DNA of 64,000 bases. Source: an uncultured Verrucomicrobiae bacterium (lineage in GTDB: Bacteria; Verrucomicrobiota; Verrucomicrobiia; Limisphaerales; Palsa-1400). This document shows, one piece after another, positions 30,403-39,737 of the stretch (positions are counted from its first letter, which is position 1; every line of letters starts with the position of its first letter). The DNA is taken from positions 2,656,001 through 2,720,000 of the forward strand of contig CAVXRD010000002.1 in assembly GCA_963764165.1 (NCBI GenBank), in the 5' to 3' direction. A model generated the notes under the pieces. The model worked only from the letters and a program-made list of their open reading frames with translations, was not told the origin of the DNA and did not search any database. A program made the position numbers and the translations under genes.

Positions 30403-31754
30403 GAGGCATGATAGGTAAGTCGAATACCGAAGACATCCTGGCTGTAATCGCGGCCCCCTTGCGAGGAAGAGCGCACTGAACTGCGCACATTTACTCCGGC
30501 GTCGAACCGTTTGGTAATGCTATAGGAGGTGGAGAAGCTCGCGCCAACCCAATCGTAGCTTTCGGTCAAATTGCCGCGCACATTGCCGACGCCCTGCGTT
30601 CCATAATTATAAGATATTCCGGTCGAAAAATTAAGCTTCCCCAAGATTGCCCACCTGACAGTTGCATCCACAAACCATTCTTCAACCGCGTCCGACTGGA
30701 GACCCGCGCTTATGTCGTGGCCGGCTTTTAAAGTATAGCCAATGGATTTCGTCACCTGATGGGTCAGGGACAAGTTCGCATACCACGAACTCAGTCCGGA
30801 GGTCTGGATCGGCATGCTCGACGGGACCGCCACCGGGTTGACATTTCCCTGGGACTCATTCGGCACGAATGAGGATCTGCTTGTGTTTTGAAAGTCATAA
30901 ACAGCATAGCCAACCCGCGGCTGCAATTGAAACGCGGGATCGGGTTTCCAGTCGGCAAAAACACCGGCGTTGTAACTCTCGTTGTTGTTCAAGATCGGCT
31001 GGTCGTATTCCAGGAAGGACGCGCCGAGTTCAGCGCCCGACTTGAAGCTGGACGAAAACGCATAGGAAAGCTGGTCTATCAAGCTCTCTGTCCCCGAGTC
31101 CTGCGAATTAAATTCGCCAGTGGTTGATTCATTTAGAATATAGTCAAAACCCAAGCTGTCGGACAGCCTTCCAAAATCATGAGACACAATGATGCCGGAG
31201 CGGTTCCTCAGGGTGCCGAACTCGCCGGTGCCGGCAATCAACGGATTCTGGCTTGAGTCCTGGATGTAACTGATTGAATCGTGGATGTTGAACATGAACG
31301 GGCCGACGCCGAAATTGAACGAAGGGCCGCTTCCGGCGGTTATATTAAGCGTGCTCAGTTCGCTATGGTGCAGGTACTCGATATATCCAATTCCCAGGCT
31401 CAATTTCAATAAATTGCGGTCCGTTAATGCGTAGCTGCCTGTCAAGTCAAGTTCCGGCCTGAGTATGAAATCGCCACTCGATCCTGACTGTGCCAAAGTC
31501 ACGTTGTCGCTCCAGTCCGCCTCAATCGAACCGGTCGCGAGCATTTGAAAGTCCCCATATTTCCAAGTGTATGGGCCTCGCGCAAGTTGGTTGTTTTTGT
31601 AGTTGTCCAGTGCTAAAAAGCTGGATAACGCCTGTTGCGCGGGCGCCGGGAAAATGGGTGCTAAGAAGGCCAATGCCCCAAGGACGAAAACGGCGCCGCG
31701 TGCGTTCCAGCCACGTTGGTTTCGATGCATAACAGTCATTCGCAGAGTCTTCAC
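30399..31754 (-). CDS. EPS-associated outer-membrane beta-barrel protein
   Basis: Signal peptide, amphipathic beta strands, ends GIRLTYHAS; overlaps araC stop and wza start. Confidence 0.8.
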   Translation of the reverse strand: MKTLRMTVMHRNQRGWNARGAVFVLGALAFLAPIFPAPAQQALSSFLALDNYKNNQLARGPYTWKYGDFQMLATGSIEADWSDNVTLAQSGSSGDFILRPELDLTGSYALTDRNLLKLSLGIGYIEYLHHSELSTLNITAGSGPSFNFGVGPFMFNIHDSISYIQDSSQNPLIAGTGEFGTLRNRSGIIVSHDFGRLSDSLGFDYILNESTTGEFNSQDSGTESLIDQLSYAFSSSFKSGAELGASFLEYDQPILNNNESYNAGVFADWKPDPAFQLQPRVGYAVYDFQNTSRSSFVPNESQGNVNPVAVPSSMPIQTSGLSSWYANLSLTHQVTKSIGYTLKAGHDISAGLQSDAVEEWFVDATVRWAILGKLNFSTGISYNYGTQGVGNVRGNLTESYDWVGASFSTSYSITKRFDAGVNVRSSVRSSSQGGRDYSQDVFGIRLTYHAS

Positions 31755-32800
31755 ACCCCATAAGCGGGGCAGAGAAGCGTCCCCGGGGATCGTTTTTCCG
31801 CGCCTGCCTTCGGCGTCAAGTGCGCCGATACTGCTGAATTTTCATTGTCACCATCGTCGGCCCGCAGTATTTGGCTTACTTTCTCCTCCACGGCAAATGA
31901 CACCTTCCTCGCGGTTCCCTGAGTGGCGCTTGCTTCAAGGATGCGCGGACCCGCTTGGTTCGCGGCGCGAGGCGCCGGAGCGACCAGGCTAGCGGTCCGT
32001 CCGGATTTGCGCCATTGGCCGGGGCTGCTTCCAAATCGCCGCTTGAAGCAAGTATTGAAGAGGCCCAAGTGATTGAATCCGCACTGCTCGGCGACGTTGA
32101 TCACTTTCGTCTCCGGATTGCGCAGGAGCGACACAGCTTTCAACAATCGCATCTCCATGCGCAGGGCCGCCACGGAATAACCAAAATGCTGGTGAAATAG
32201 CCTGTTGAGGTGGCGCCGGCTGCAGCCAAATTTGGCAGCCAGATCCCCCACCGACAGCGTCAGCAGCTCATCGACCGAAAGCGCTTCAAAAACCTTTATC
32301 ACCCGCTCATCCGCGCCAAACACGACGTTGCGCTGCGACCGCGCAGAGCTCAATTCTTCAGTAATCACGGCAGCGGCAACTCTGACCAGCTGGCTTCGGT
32401 GGTCTACATTTCCTTCCGGCGGCGCGCTTTCCACCAAGCGATGGCATTCCTGCGCCACGGCGCTCGAAGCAGCGTAATGTTTGCAATGGGTCAGATCATC
32501 AACGATTCCCTGCAAAAGACAAATTTCCTCGGCCGAGAAGAGCGGCAACAGGTGCTCGAAGCAGACCGTGAACTGCCAAAAAATCATCTCCCCGCCAGGA
32601 ACCAGATTTGCCGACGGCCCCGGGCTCGAGACAATAACGTCGCCGGCGTTCACATGGACACGCTGAGACCGGGATTGGTAGACGCCGCTGCCGCCCTTGA
32701 GCAGAATGAAAGACAATCCCTCTGCTGTGTCCTTCCAGTCGTTGGGGCGTTGCAGACGCACTAAGCGCAAGGTCAAATATTGCTTTTTTGTTGTCGACAT
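31751..32800 (-). CDS. AraC-family transcriptional regulator, first gene of the EPS/exosortase operon
   Basis: LAAKFGCSRRHLNRLFHQHFG and VAEQCGFNHLGLFNTCFKRRFGSSPGQWR double HTH. Confidence 0.95.
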   Translation of the reverse strand: MSTTKKQYLTLRLVRLQRPNDWKDTAEGLSFILLKGGSGVYQSRSQRVHVNAGDVIVSSPGPSANLVPGGEMIFWQFTVCFEHLLPLFSAEEICLLQGIVDDLTHCKHYAASSAVAQECHRLVESAPPEGNVDHRSQLVRVAAAVITEELSSARSQRNVVFGADERVIKVFEALSVDELLTLSVGDLAAKFGCSRRHLNRLFHQHFGYSVAALRMEMRLLKAVSLLRNPETKVINVAEQCGFNHLGLFNTCFKRRFGSSPGQWRKSGRTASLVAPAPRAANQAGPRILEASATQGTARKVSFAVEEKVSQILRADDGDNENSAVSAHLTPKAGAEKRSPGTLLCPAYGV

Positions 32801-33018
32801 CAGGCCCTCTCAATCACTTTGAGAAATTTGGTTTTGATTGCTTATTTCCTGAAAGCTCGCCTATAGCTGCGCCAACTTGCGCCCAACAGTTTGCACTTGC
32901 CACATGATCTTCCAAGCAAAAACTCTTTGCGGACTCTTCAGCCAATACATAGTTCAGCCAAGGCACTGCGCTCTTGGGACTCTAACATTCAAGTCCCTTC
33001 GGAACTGTCTGTTCTCTG

Positions 33019-33035
33019 AGCAAAGGTCGGGCCAA
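33019..33035 (-). promoter_or_regulatory. Sigma54-like (-24/-12) promoter upstream of araC
   Basis: Minus strand TTGGCCCGACCTTTGCT, GG-N10-GC. Confidence 0.55.
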
Positions 33036-33767
33036 TGTCCAAAAATTGGAATGTAAATTTCTAATGCGCTGAACTCAAGACAGTTATGCCCAGCCTAGGG
33101 GCATTATTAGCGTTGCGAAAACCCGTTTATTTGCCGTTTTGAATGCACAAATCTGAGACAGCGAGCATGGCGATCACCAAGATGTCGCAATTCAGCCATC
33201 CAGATTTAACAAATCGCCCTTGGCAGCCCTCTGGGCGTCCCAAACATCCGCTCCTGGCTTCCTCGTTAAAACCAGTATAGGCACTATTTCAATAGTCGCC
33301 ACCGGCGGGAGAACAAAACCGAGCTGATCCTTCGGATTTCGCCAAATCCGAGCCATGATGATTGCAAACGATTTATAAGCAATCCCTTATGATAGAATGA
33401 AGATATAAATCTAACACCGCGCCCCAAGAGCAAAACGTCAAATATGCCGACAACCAAATTTGCAAGAATGCGAAGAAAGCGTGGATGGATCAAGGTCGAC
33501 CGCGCAAAATTAATGGCATTATTGGGCTGGCCTAAACGTGTATTTGTCTTCAGCCATATCGACCCCAAAATCGGAAATCATTCGTGTTTCTGCCAAGCAC
33601 CGGGAGAAAACGGACATGAATTTCAGGCGGCGGCGACGCCAGGGGCGCGATATTAGTGCCGCCATTGATTATCTGGGCCAGTGATCGATCAGCCGGCCAG
33701 AGAATGGAGGGGCATCGGAAGGCCGTCCACTTCAAGAATTTCTGAACCGCCCAAACCTGCTTCTTGT

Positions 33768-33832
33768 TGTCCCAAAAACGCACTAACATGGCCCATCCCC
33801 GCATAGCGTCAAAATTGGAATGGGGTTAAATT
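33768..33832 (+). promoter_or_regulatory. TGTCC direct-repeat box plus promoter for PEP-CTERM gene 3
   Basis: TGTCC-N16-TGGCC-N10-TAGCGT-N17-TAAATT. Confidence 0.68.
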
Positions 33833-33937
33833 TCCTCGCAGTGTGGCGAAAAGTGCGTCTTTGCGCAGGAATTTCGCAGTTTTAATTCAGTGAGCCAAGG
33901 CGTCTATGCAAGAGACGGCCGGACGGGAAACCGTTTT

Positions 33938-34816
33938 ATGTTGAAAAGTCAGAAATTGATCGTGCATGGCGCCCTGATTGGGGCTTTTTGTTTTGCCGCG
34001 CAACAAAGCGCTCAGGCTACACTTTCGTATACGATTTCGAATGGATACGTCGGCGGAGCCACTGAAAGCGGCTACGCGGACCTGCAAGTGGTCAACATCT
34101 CTCTGGACAACTCAGGGCCGATGAGCGTGTTTTGTGGAGGCATTCAAATCAGCGAGGCCGGAGCGCCAGTGGCGGGCATGCCGACGCAGTATACAACCGT
34201 TTGCACGGATCTTAACGCGACGCTCTATCTCGGCGACACCTATACCTACAACCGGACGGCCTCGTTCAGCGGGCTGGCGGGAATCGATCCGACGTGGGGC
34301 GCCGCGAATGGTTTGCAGGCTGCTTCCATTAATGCGCAGAACGCGACGCAGTCCATTGAGAATGCCGCTTACATATTTTACAATTTCGGCCAATTGAACA
34401 CCCGGGGAATAAACGGATCCGCAGACCAGATGGCTGGTTTGCAGCTGGCGGTCTGGCTTGCCCTTTATGACACCACCACGTCGGGACAAGTGGTCGTGGG
34501 TGGCAGCTCCCGAATGCAGATTTCAGGAAACGGAGGAGACACTGCGGCGGTGACCGACGCGTTAGATTATCTTTCCGCCTTGAACCAGTCCGGCCACGCC
34601 GGGAATTTTTCGTATGACGGCGGTATTCTGGTGCCGAACCCGGAGACATCCGACAATGGCAGCCCCTACAACAATTCCAATTACGACAATCAACCGCCGC
34701 AGGAATTGCTGGTCGCGGTTCCGGAGCCTTCCACATTCGTTGGCGGCGCACTGTCGCTGATGCCCTTGGGCTTGGCTGGGCTCCGGTTCATCCGGACCCG
34801 GGCAACGGCAAAGTAA
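33938..34816 (+). CDS. PEP-CTERM surface protein 3 with thioester-domain-like motifs
   Basis: Signal peptide ending SAQA; TTVC, NAAYIF, GLQLAVW, PQELLV; VPEPST, hydrophobic stretch, RFIRTR. Confidence 0.9.
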   Translation: MLKSQKLIVHGALIGAFCFAAQQSAQATLSYTISNGYVGGATESGYADLQVVNISLDNSGPMSVFCGGIQISEAGAPVAGMPTQYTTVCTDLNATLYLGDTYTYNRTASFSGLAGIDPTWGAANGLQAASINAQNATQSIENAAYIFYNFGQLNTRGINGSADQMAGLQLAVWLALYDTTTSGQVVVGGSSRMQISGNGGDTAAVTDALDYLSALNQSGHAGNFSYDGGILVPNPETSDNGSPYNNSNYDNQPPQELLVAVPEPSTFVGGALSLMPLGLAGLRFIRTRATAK

Positions 34817-35197
34817 GCCAGCTTTCGGTGGGGGCCGGAAATCGGATCTGAAACCAAGTTCCTGGCTCCGCGTTTGTCGGCCAGCCTCTTCTACCGATAA
34901 GGTGTCGGGAGCGGTTTAATTCAATCACGTCATAGCAAAGGCCATCCGGCTTCGCCGACTCCATTCATGTCCGACGGGTGCGGAACAAAATTTTTCCGCC
35001 GCTCTGGGGGACGAGGCAACTCGCCTCCACCGGCAAATTCAGCGGGGGGGACGCCGCTGCCACGCTTTTCGTGAAGATTTTGTCCTGCGCCCGGTCCCAA
35101 TAAAAAGCGATAAATGCGCTTTGAATTCCGAGGCTCGTCGCTTAAATTCGGGCAAATCCTTAATGGAGTCCCGCCATTAAGCATTGTTTACTGAGGC

Positions 35198-35869
35198 ATG
35201 AAACAACGCGCGCGCGCAAAATTGCGAAAGGTCTTTCTGGTTGAAGACCATCCGGTGTATGCCGAAGGGCTGGTTGAGATCGTTGAAAACGAACCCGATC
35301 TGTCTTTCTGCGGACAAGCTTTCACTGCCGAAGATGCTTTGCGGGCAATCCCCCGCCTCCAGCCGGACTTGGTGCTTATCGACATCACTCTGCCGGGAAT
35401 GAGTGGGCTGGATTTAATCAAAGCGCTCCGGCCAAAGTTCCCCGCGATGAAACTTCTGGTCATATCCATGCGGGAGGAACAGCTCTACGCAGCCCGGGTG
35501 TTGCGAGCCGGCGGCGACGGCTATGTGATGAAGCATCAGGGCGCCGAGGAGATTATTGATGCGATTCGTGATTTGCTCGCCGGGCGCTTGCACGTGAGCG
35601 AATCCATCATCTCAGGCAATTTTAAAAGCGCCGACCCAAAGACGCAGCCTCGCAAACGGCCGATTGACCGGCTGAGCGATCTGGAGCTGGAAATCCTTGG
35701 ATTGCTGGGCGCTGGAAAAAGCAATCCCGAGATCGCCTCGCAATTGAATATAAAATCCAAAAATCTGCCGGGGCATTTTGCCGAGATGCAAAAGAAACTT
35801 CGTTTGAAGAGCATCAACTCGCTGATTCGATACGCTGTCTGCTGGGCCGGCGCGGGCGAGGCTGATTAG
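35198..35869 (+). CDS. NarL/LuxR-family DNA-binding response regulator
   Basis: VEDHP, LIDITLPGMSG, LSDLELEILGLLGAGKSNPEIA. Confidence 0.93.
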   Translation: MKQRARAKLRKVFLVEDHPVYAEGLVEIVENEPDLSFCGQAFTAEDALRAIPRLQPDLVLIDITLPGMSGLDLIKALRPKFPAMKLLVISMREEQLYAARVLRAGGDGYVMKHQGAEEIIDAIRDLLAGRLHVSESIISGNFKSADPKTQPRKRPIDRLSDLELEILGLLGAGKSNPEIASQLNIKSKNLPGHFAEMQKKLRLKSINSLIRYAVCWAGAGEAD

Positions 35870-35874
35870 GCGAA

Positions 35875-37386
35875 TTAAGCCACCCCCTGGCGCGGCTTGC
35901 GATCGGCCAATGGAATGCGCACGGTGATGGCGGTGCCTTCATTCGGCTTTGAAACAAATGCGCAGGTTCCTCCCAGCGCGGAAGTCCGTTCCCTGATGCT
36001 CGACAAGCCGATGCCCCGCCGCCGATCACCATCGGATGATTCGGCAGCGGTCGTGTCAAATCCACAGCCGTCGTCGCGAATGCTGGCGCGCACCTCATTT
36101 GCCTCAACCACAATCCGCACGCGGACCAATTTGGCTTTGGCGTGTTTCTCGATATTGTTGAGCGCCTCCTGCACCACGCGAAACAGGCCCAGGTCGATAT
36201 TCGGGGGAAGGGTGCTGCCATTCTGCACGAACCTGTACTTTACAACAAGCCTTGTTCGCGATTCCAGTTCGTTGCACAAGTTGCGGCAGGCGGCGCTCAA
36301 CCCGAGTTCATCGAGGTCGCCGGGGCGGAGATTTCTGGCGATGCGCCGGTTCTCGTCCAACGCCTGCACCAGCAGCAATTGGCACCGGGACAGAATTTCG
36401 GCGGCGACGGGGTTCTGCGCCCCCACCAGCTCATGAACGCGCCGGAGGCGCATCGTCGCGGCAGCGATGACTTGGATCACGCCGTCGTGCAATTCACGCG
36501 CGACTCGGGACCGTTCGGCTTCTTGCGCTTCAGTGATGCGCCGCGGCAGGCCACGCAGTTTTTCCTCCAGGCGCTTGTGGTCCGTCACGTCACGCGCGGC
36601 CATGATCAGGCCCAGGTTCTCTCCGCCTGGTGAGAGAGACATCGTTATATTCGTCTCCACTGGAAAACTGCGGCCGTCGCGGCGCACGAATTCGTACTCG
36701 GCGGCTTTCACCTCGCCGGTTTTGAACGAGGATATGTCTGCGCGAAAGCGGTCTCGGTCCGTCGGGTGGACGAAATCAAAGATGCTTTTCAGGTGCAGCT
36801 CGTCGATGTTCCCGTATCCCAGCATCACCGCCGTCCATTGATTCAGCCCGGAAACTCGAAACTCAGGATCGATGGTCGCGATGGAGTCCGGCAGAATTTG
36901 CACCAGTCTCCGGTAATGCTGCTCGCTCTCGCGCAGCGCTGCCGCTGTCTCGGCCAGCCGCGCGATGGAGCGAACCCGCGCCAAAAACTCTTTCGCCGCC
37001 ACTGGCTTATGAAGGTACTCGTCAGCGCCGATCGCCAGCCCGCCCGCCGTCTGATCCGCGCTGATCGCTTCCCCAGAAATGAGGATAACGAATACATCGC
37101 GGGATTTTGGGTCTGCCTTGATGCGTTGGCAAACGTCGATCCCGCTTATGTCCGGCAGCCCGACGTCGAGCACCACCAGATCCGGTTTCCATTCCAGCAC
37201 CGCCTTCAGCGCCTGGGCGCCATCCGTGACGGCCAAAACATCAAAGCCGCCCTTGATGAGGACTTGAGAAAAAACCTCCAGGATCGACTCATAATCATCC
37301 ACTATAAGCACACGCGTCTTTCGGCGCGGCGGATTATGAGCCCCCTCGCTGCTATTGGGGCCATTGGTCTTTGGAGATGGTGTCAT
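35875..37386 (-). CDS. Cytoplasmic hybrid sensor kinase (REC-PAS-HisKA_3-HATPase)
   Basis: VDDY/VLDVGLPD receiver; VHPTDR PAS; ARELHDG; QEALNNIEKHA; DDGCGF; no TM segment. Confidence 0.92.
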   Translation of the reverse strand: MTPSPKTNGPNSSEGAHNPPRRKTRVLIVDDYESILEVFSQVLIKGGFDVLAVTDGAQALKAVLEWKPDLVVLDVGLPDISGIDVCQRIKADPKSRDVFVILISGEAISADQTAGGLAIGADEYLHKPVAAKEFLARVRSIARLAETAAALRESEQHYRRLVQILPDSIATIDPEFRVSGLNQWTAVMLGYGNIDELHLKSIFDFVHPTDRDRFRADISSFKTGEVKAAEYEFVRRDGRSFPVETNITMSLSPGGENLGLIMAARDVTDHKRLEEKLRGLPRRITEAQEAERSRVARELHDGVIQVIAAATMRLRRVHELVGAQNPVAAEILSRCQLLLVQALDENRRIARNLRPGDLDELGLSAACRNLCNELESRTRLVVKYRFVQNGSTLPPNIDLGLFRVVQEALNNIEKHAKAKLVRVRIVVEANEVRASIRDDGCGFDTTAAESSDGDRRRGIGLSSIRERTSALGGTCAFVSKPNEGTAITVRIPLADRKPRQGVA

Positions 37387-37566
37387 GCTTGTTGAAAGCA
37401 GCACTGCAATTTTCTTGGCATGCCATCATAAATGCATGCAAGCCGCAAAGGGCAAGAAAAATGCAGTGCGCGCCATGAAAACGGTAAAAAAGCGCCGGGA
37501 GATTGAGCGTGATTCAATCGAATTCGAATCGCCCCTGAATTTTTCCACGAGATTTCCGCCGCATGC

Positions 37567-37630
37567 TGTCCGCATCATGCAGTTTGATGTCCCAAAGAAG
37601 ATAGACGGTCATCACTCCAGCCCGTAGCCT
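37567..37630 (+). promoter_or_regulatory. TGTCC direct-repeat box plus promoter for response regulator 37650
   Basis: TGTCC-N16-TGTCC-N9-TAGACG-N17-TAGCCT. Confidence 0.7.
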
Positions 37631-37649
37631 CCTAATTATCAACGATCCC

Positions 37650-38078
37650 ATGCAGAACAAAGAGGACCACGAAATTCCGGAAGCCGAAGCAACGAGTGCG
37701 CAAGTCAGCAATTCAATCCCAAAGACCGTCCTATTAGTGGACGACAGAATGGAATTGAGGTTCGTCACCAAAACCTATTTGGAGAATTTTGGATTTATCG
37801 TCCAGGTTGCGGGGAGCACGGCAGAGGCTCTTGCGCGATTCGATTCCAACAGCAACGATATCGTCGTCACGGACAACTCGATGACAGGGATGTCGAGCGT
37901 GGAGATGGCGCACGTGATTAAAATGCGCTCGCCATCCACGCCGATCATCATGTATTCGGGTTCCCGGCCGCGCGACCGTTCCTCTGTCGACGCCGTTATT
38001 TTAACGCCCTCGCCTTTGTCAGAACTAAAGCTGGCGATTGATGATGCGCTTTCGCGGAAAGAAGGCCCGAAGAGTTAA
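37650..38078 (+). CDS. Single-domain response regulator, paralog of 14478
   Basis: LLVDD, DIVVTDNSMTGM, EMAHVIK shared with 14478. Confidence 0.87.
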   Translation: MQNKEDHEIPEAEATSAQVSNSIPKTVLLVDDRMELRFVTKTYLENFGFIVQVAGSTAEALARFDSNSNDIVVTDNSMTGMSSVEMAHVIKMRSPSTPIIMYSGSRPRDRSSVDAVILTPSPLSELKLAIDDALSRKEGPKS

Positions 38079-38529
38079 TGTAAACCGCGCCCAATATCCC
38101 CACTGAGGAGACGCCCAGCAACATCGCCCCGGCTCCGATTTCGTTTGTTGCCAGCGCTTCGCCAAATCCAGGCGATGCCCGCAAGCGGACAAATCGCGAG
38201 CAAGGCAACAGGAACGATCGAACTCAGGAAAAGAGGCTTGGGGTCATTTTCCCGGCAATGGGAGCCTTGTGAATTGATGGGGCGATGAATGGAGTGGGAA
38301 GGATTTCGAATTAACGATGCGCGCGAACCCAGTTTTGGCCTCTTTTCATAAGCCCGGCCATTCGTGATTCAATTCTTCCCAATATTTCTTGAAAAAAGAG
38401 CGGCAAACACCAGGGAGATTTTCTCTTTCCAAATCAATGCGCCAAACTGGTTTCGTGGCTATTATGTCTGATGGGCAGTATTGAACACAGGCGAATGAGC
38501 GCGGAACTAACAACGAATCCCAGATTGCG

Positions 38530-39726
38530 ATGACAGCGGGCAAGCAGGAACCGATGCGCAAGGCGACGATCTGGCTGATGGCCAGCACAGTGGGAGTGGT
38601 TGTCGCCAATATTTATTATGCGCAACCGCTCCTGGCTGACATTGCGCGCACCTTTGGGCTTACCGTCACCCAGGCCGGTGCCATCGCCATGCTCAGCCAG
38701 GTGGGCACCGCGGCGGGGATGTTCCTTTTCGTGCCGCTGGGTGACAAGTTCGAGCGCCGCTCGCTCATTACCACCCTGATGATGGGCGCGTTTGCGGCGC
38801 TCCTGCTTTTCACCGTCTCACCGAATGTTGTCATGCTCGCATTCGCCAGCTTCACGGTGGGCGCTTTTTCGGCCAACGTGCATGTCGTGGTTCCCTTTGC
38901 CGCCCATCTTGCGTCGGATGAACAGCGGGGCCGTGTCGTCGGCACGATGGTGGGTGGAATTCTATTTGGGGTGCTGCTCGCGCGCACCTTCAGCGGATTA
39001 ATCGGAGCGTGGCTGGGCTGGCGCGCCGTGTATGGCATCGCATCCCTCGCCATCCTTGTTCTCGCAGGAATCCTGCGCGCGCAACTGCCCCAGAGCCGCC
39101 CGGCTCTTGTCCTCTCCTGGCCGGACTTGATGCGCTCCACGCTGCATCTGGTGCGCCGCCACGCGCGGCTGCGGGAATCGGCGCTGCTGGGCGCGATGTG
39201 CTTTTCGGCCTTCAGCGCCTTCTGGACAACGCTGATTTTCTTCCTGGCATCGCCAGCCTACCGCTACGGCAGCGCGGTGGCGGGCTTCTTCGGCCTCGTC
39301 GGGGCGGTTGGCGCAGCGGGCGCGCCCACCTTCGGCCATCTTGCCGCCAAGCACGGTCCTCGCGCCGTTATCCGCATCGCGCTGTGGCTCAGCCTGTTTT
39401 CCTTCGTATTGATGGGCTTCATCGGACGAAATTTTTTCGGGCTTATCCTCTCCGTGATTCTCATGGACTTGGGAATCCAGATTGCCCACATCTCGAACCA
39501 GACCCGCATTTACAGCATCGATCCGGCGGCGCGGAGCAGGCTCAACATGGTTTATATGTTCTGCTATTTCGCCGGCGGCGCCCTCGGCTCATACCTCGGC
39601 GCCGTCTGCTGGCACCATGGCGGATGGGCGGGCGTCTGCTCATTTGGAGCGGGGATCCTCTGCGTTGCGATTCTGGTGGAATGCCGTTACAACCGCTCGT
39701 TCAAGCAAGACGTCCCACTCAACTGA
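38530..39726 (+). CDS. MFS transporter
   Basis: ANIYYAQPLL, PLGDKFERR, RGRVVG; about 12 TM segments. Confidence 0.92.
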   Translation: MTAGKQEPMRKATIWLMASTVGVVVANIYYAQPLLADIARTFGLTVTQAGAIAMLSQVGTAAGMFLFVPLGDKFERRSLITTLMMGAFAALLLFTVSPNVVMLAFASFTVGAFSANVHVVVPFAAHLASDEQRGRVVGTMVGGILFGVLLARTFSGLIGAWLGWRAVYGIASLAILVLAGILRAQLPQSRPALVLSWPDLMRSTLHLVRRHARLRESALLGAMCFSAFSAFWTTLIFFLASPAYRYGSAVAGFFGLVGAVGAAGAPTFGHLAAKHGPRAVIRIALWLSLFSFVLMGFIGRNFFGLILSVILMDLGIQIAHISNQTRIYSIDPAARSRLNMVYMFCYFAGGALGSYLGAVCWHHGGWAGVCSFGAGILCVAILVECRYNRSFKQDVPLN

Positions 39727-39737
39727 ATTGTTACCGG

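Noticed and set aside
33284..33804. Short ORFs in the araC/PEP-CTERM intergenic region
   Set aside because: Overlapping, motif-free and without clear starts; cannot be supported
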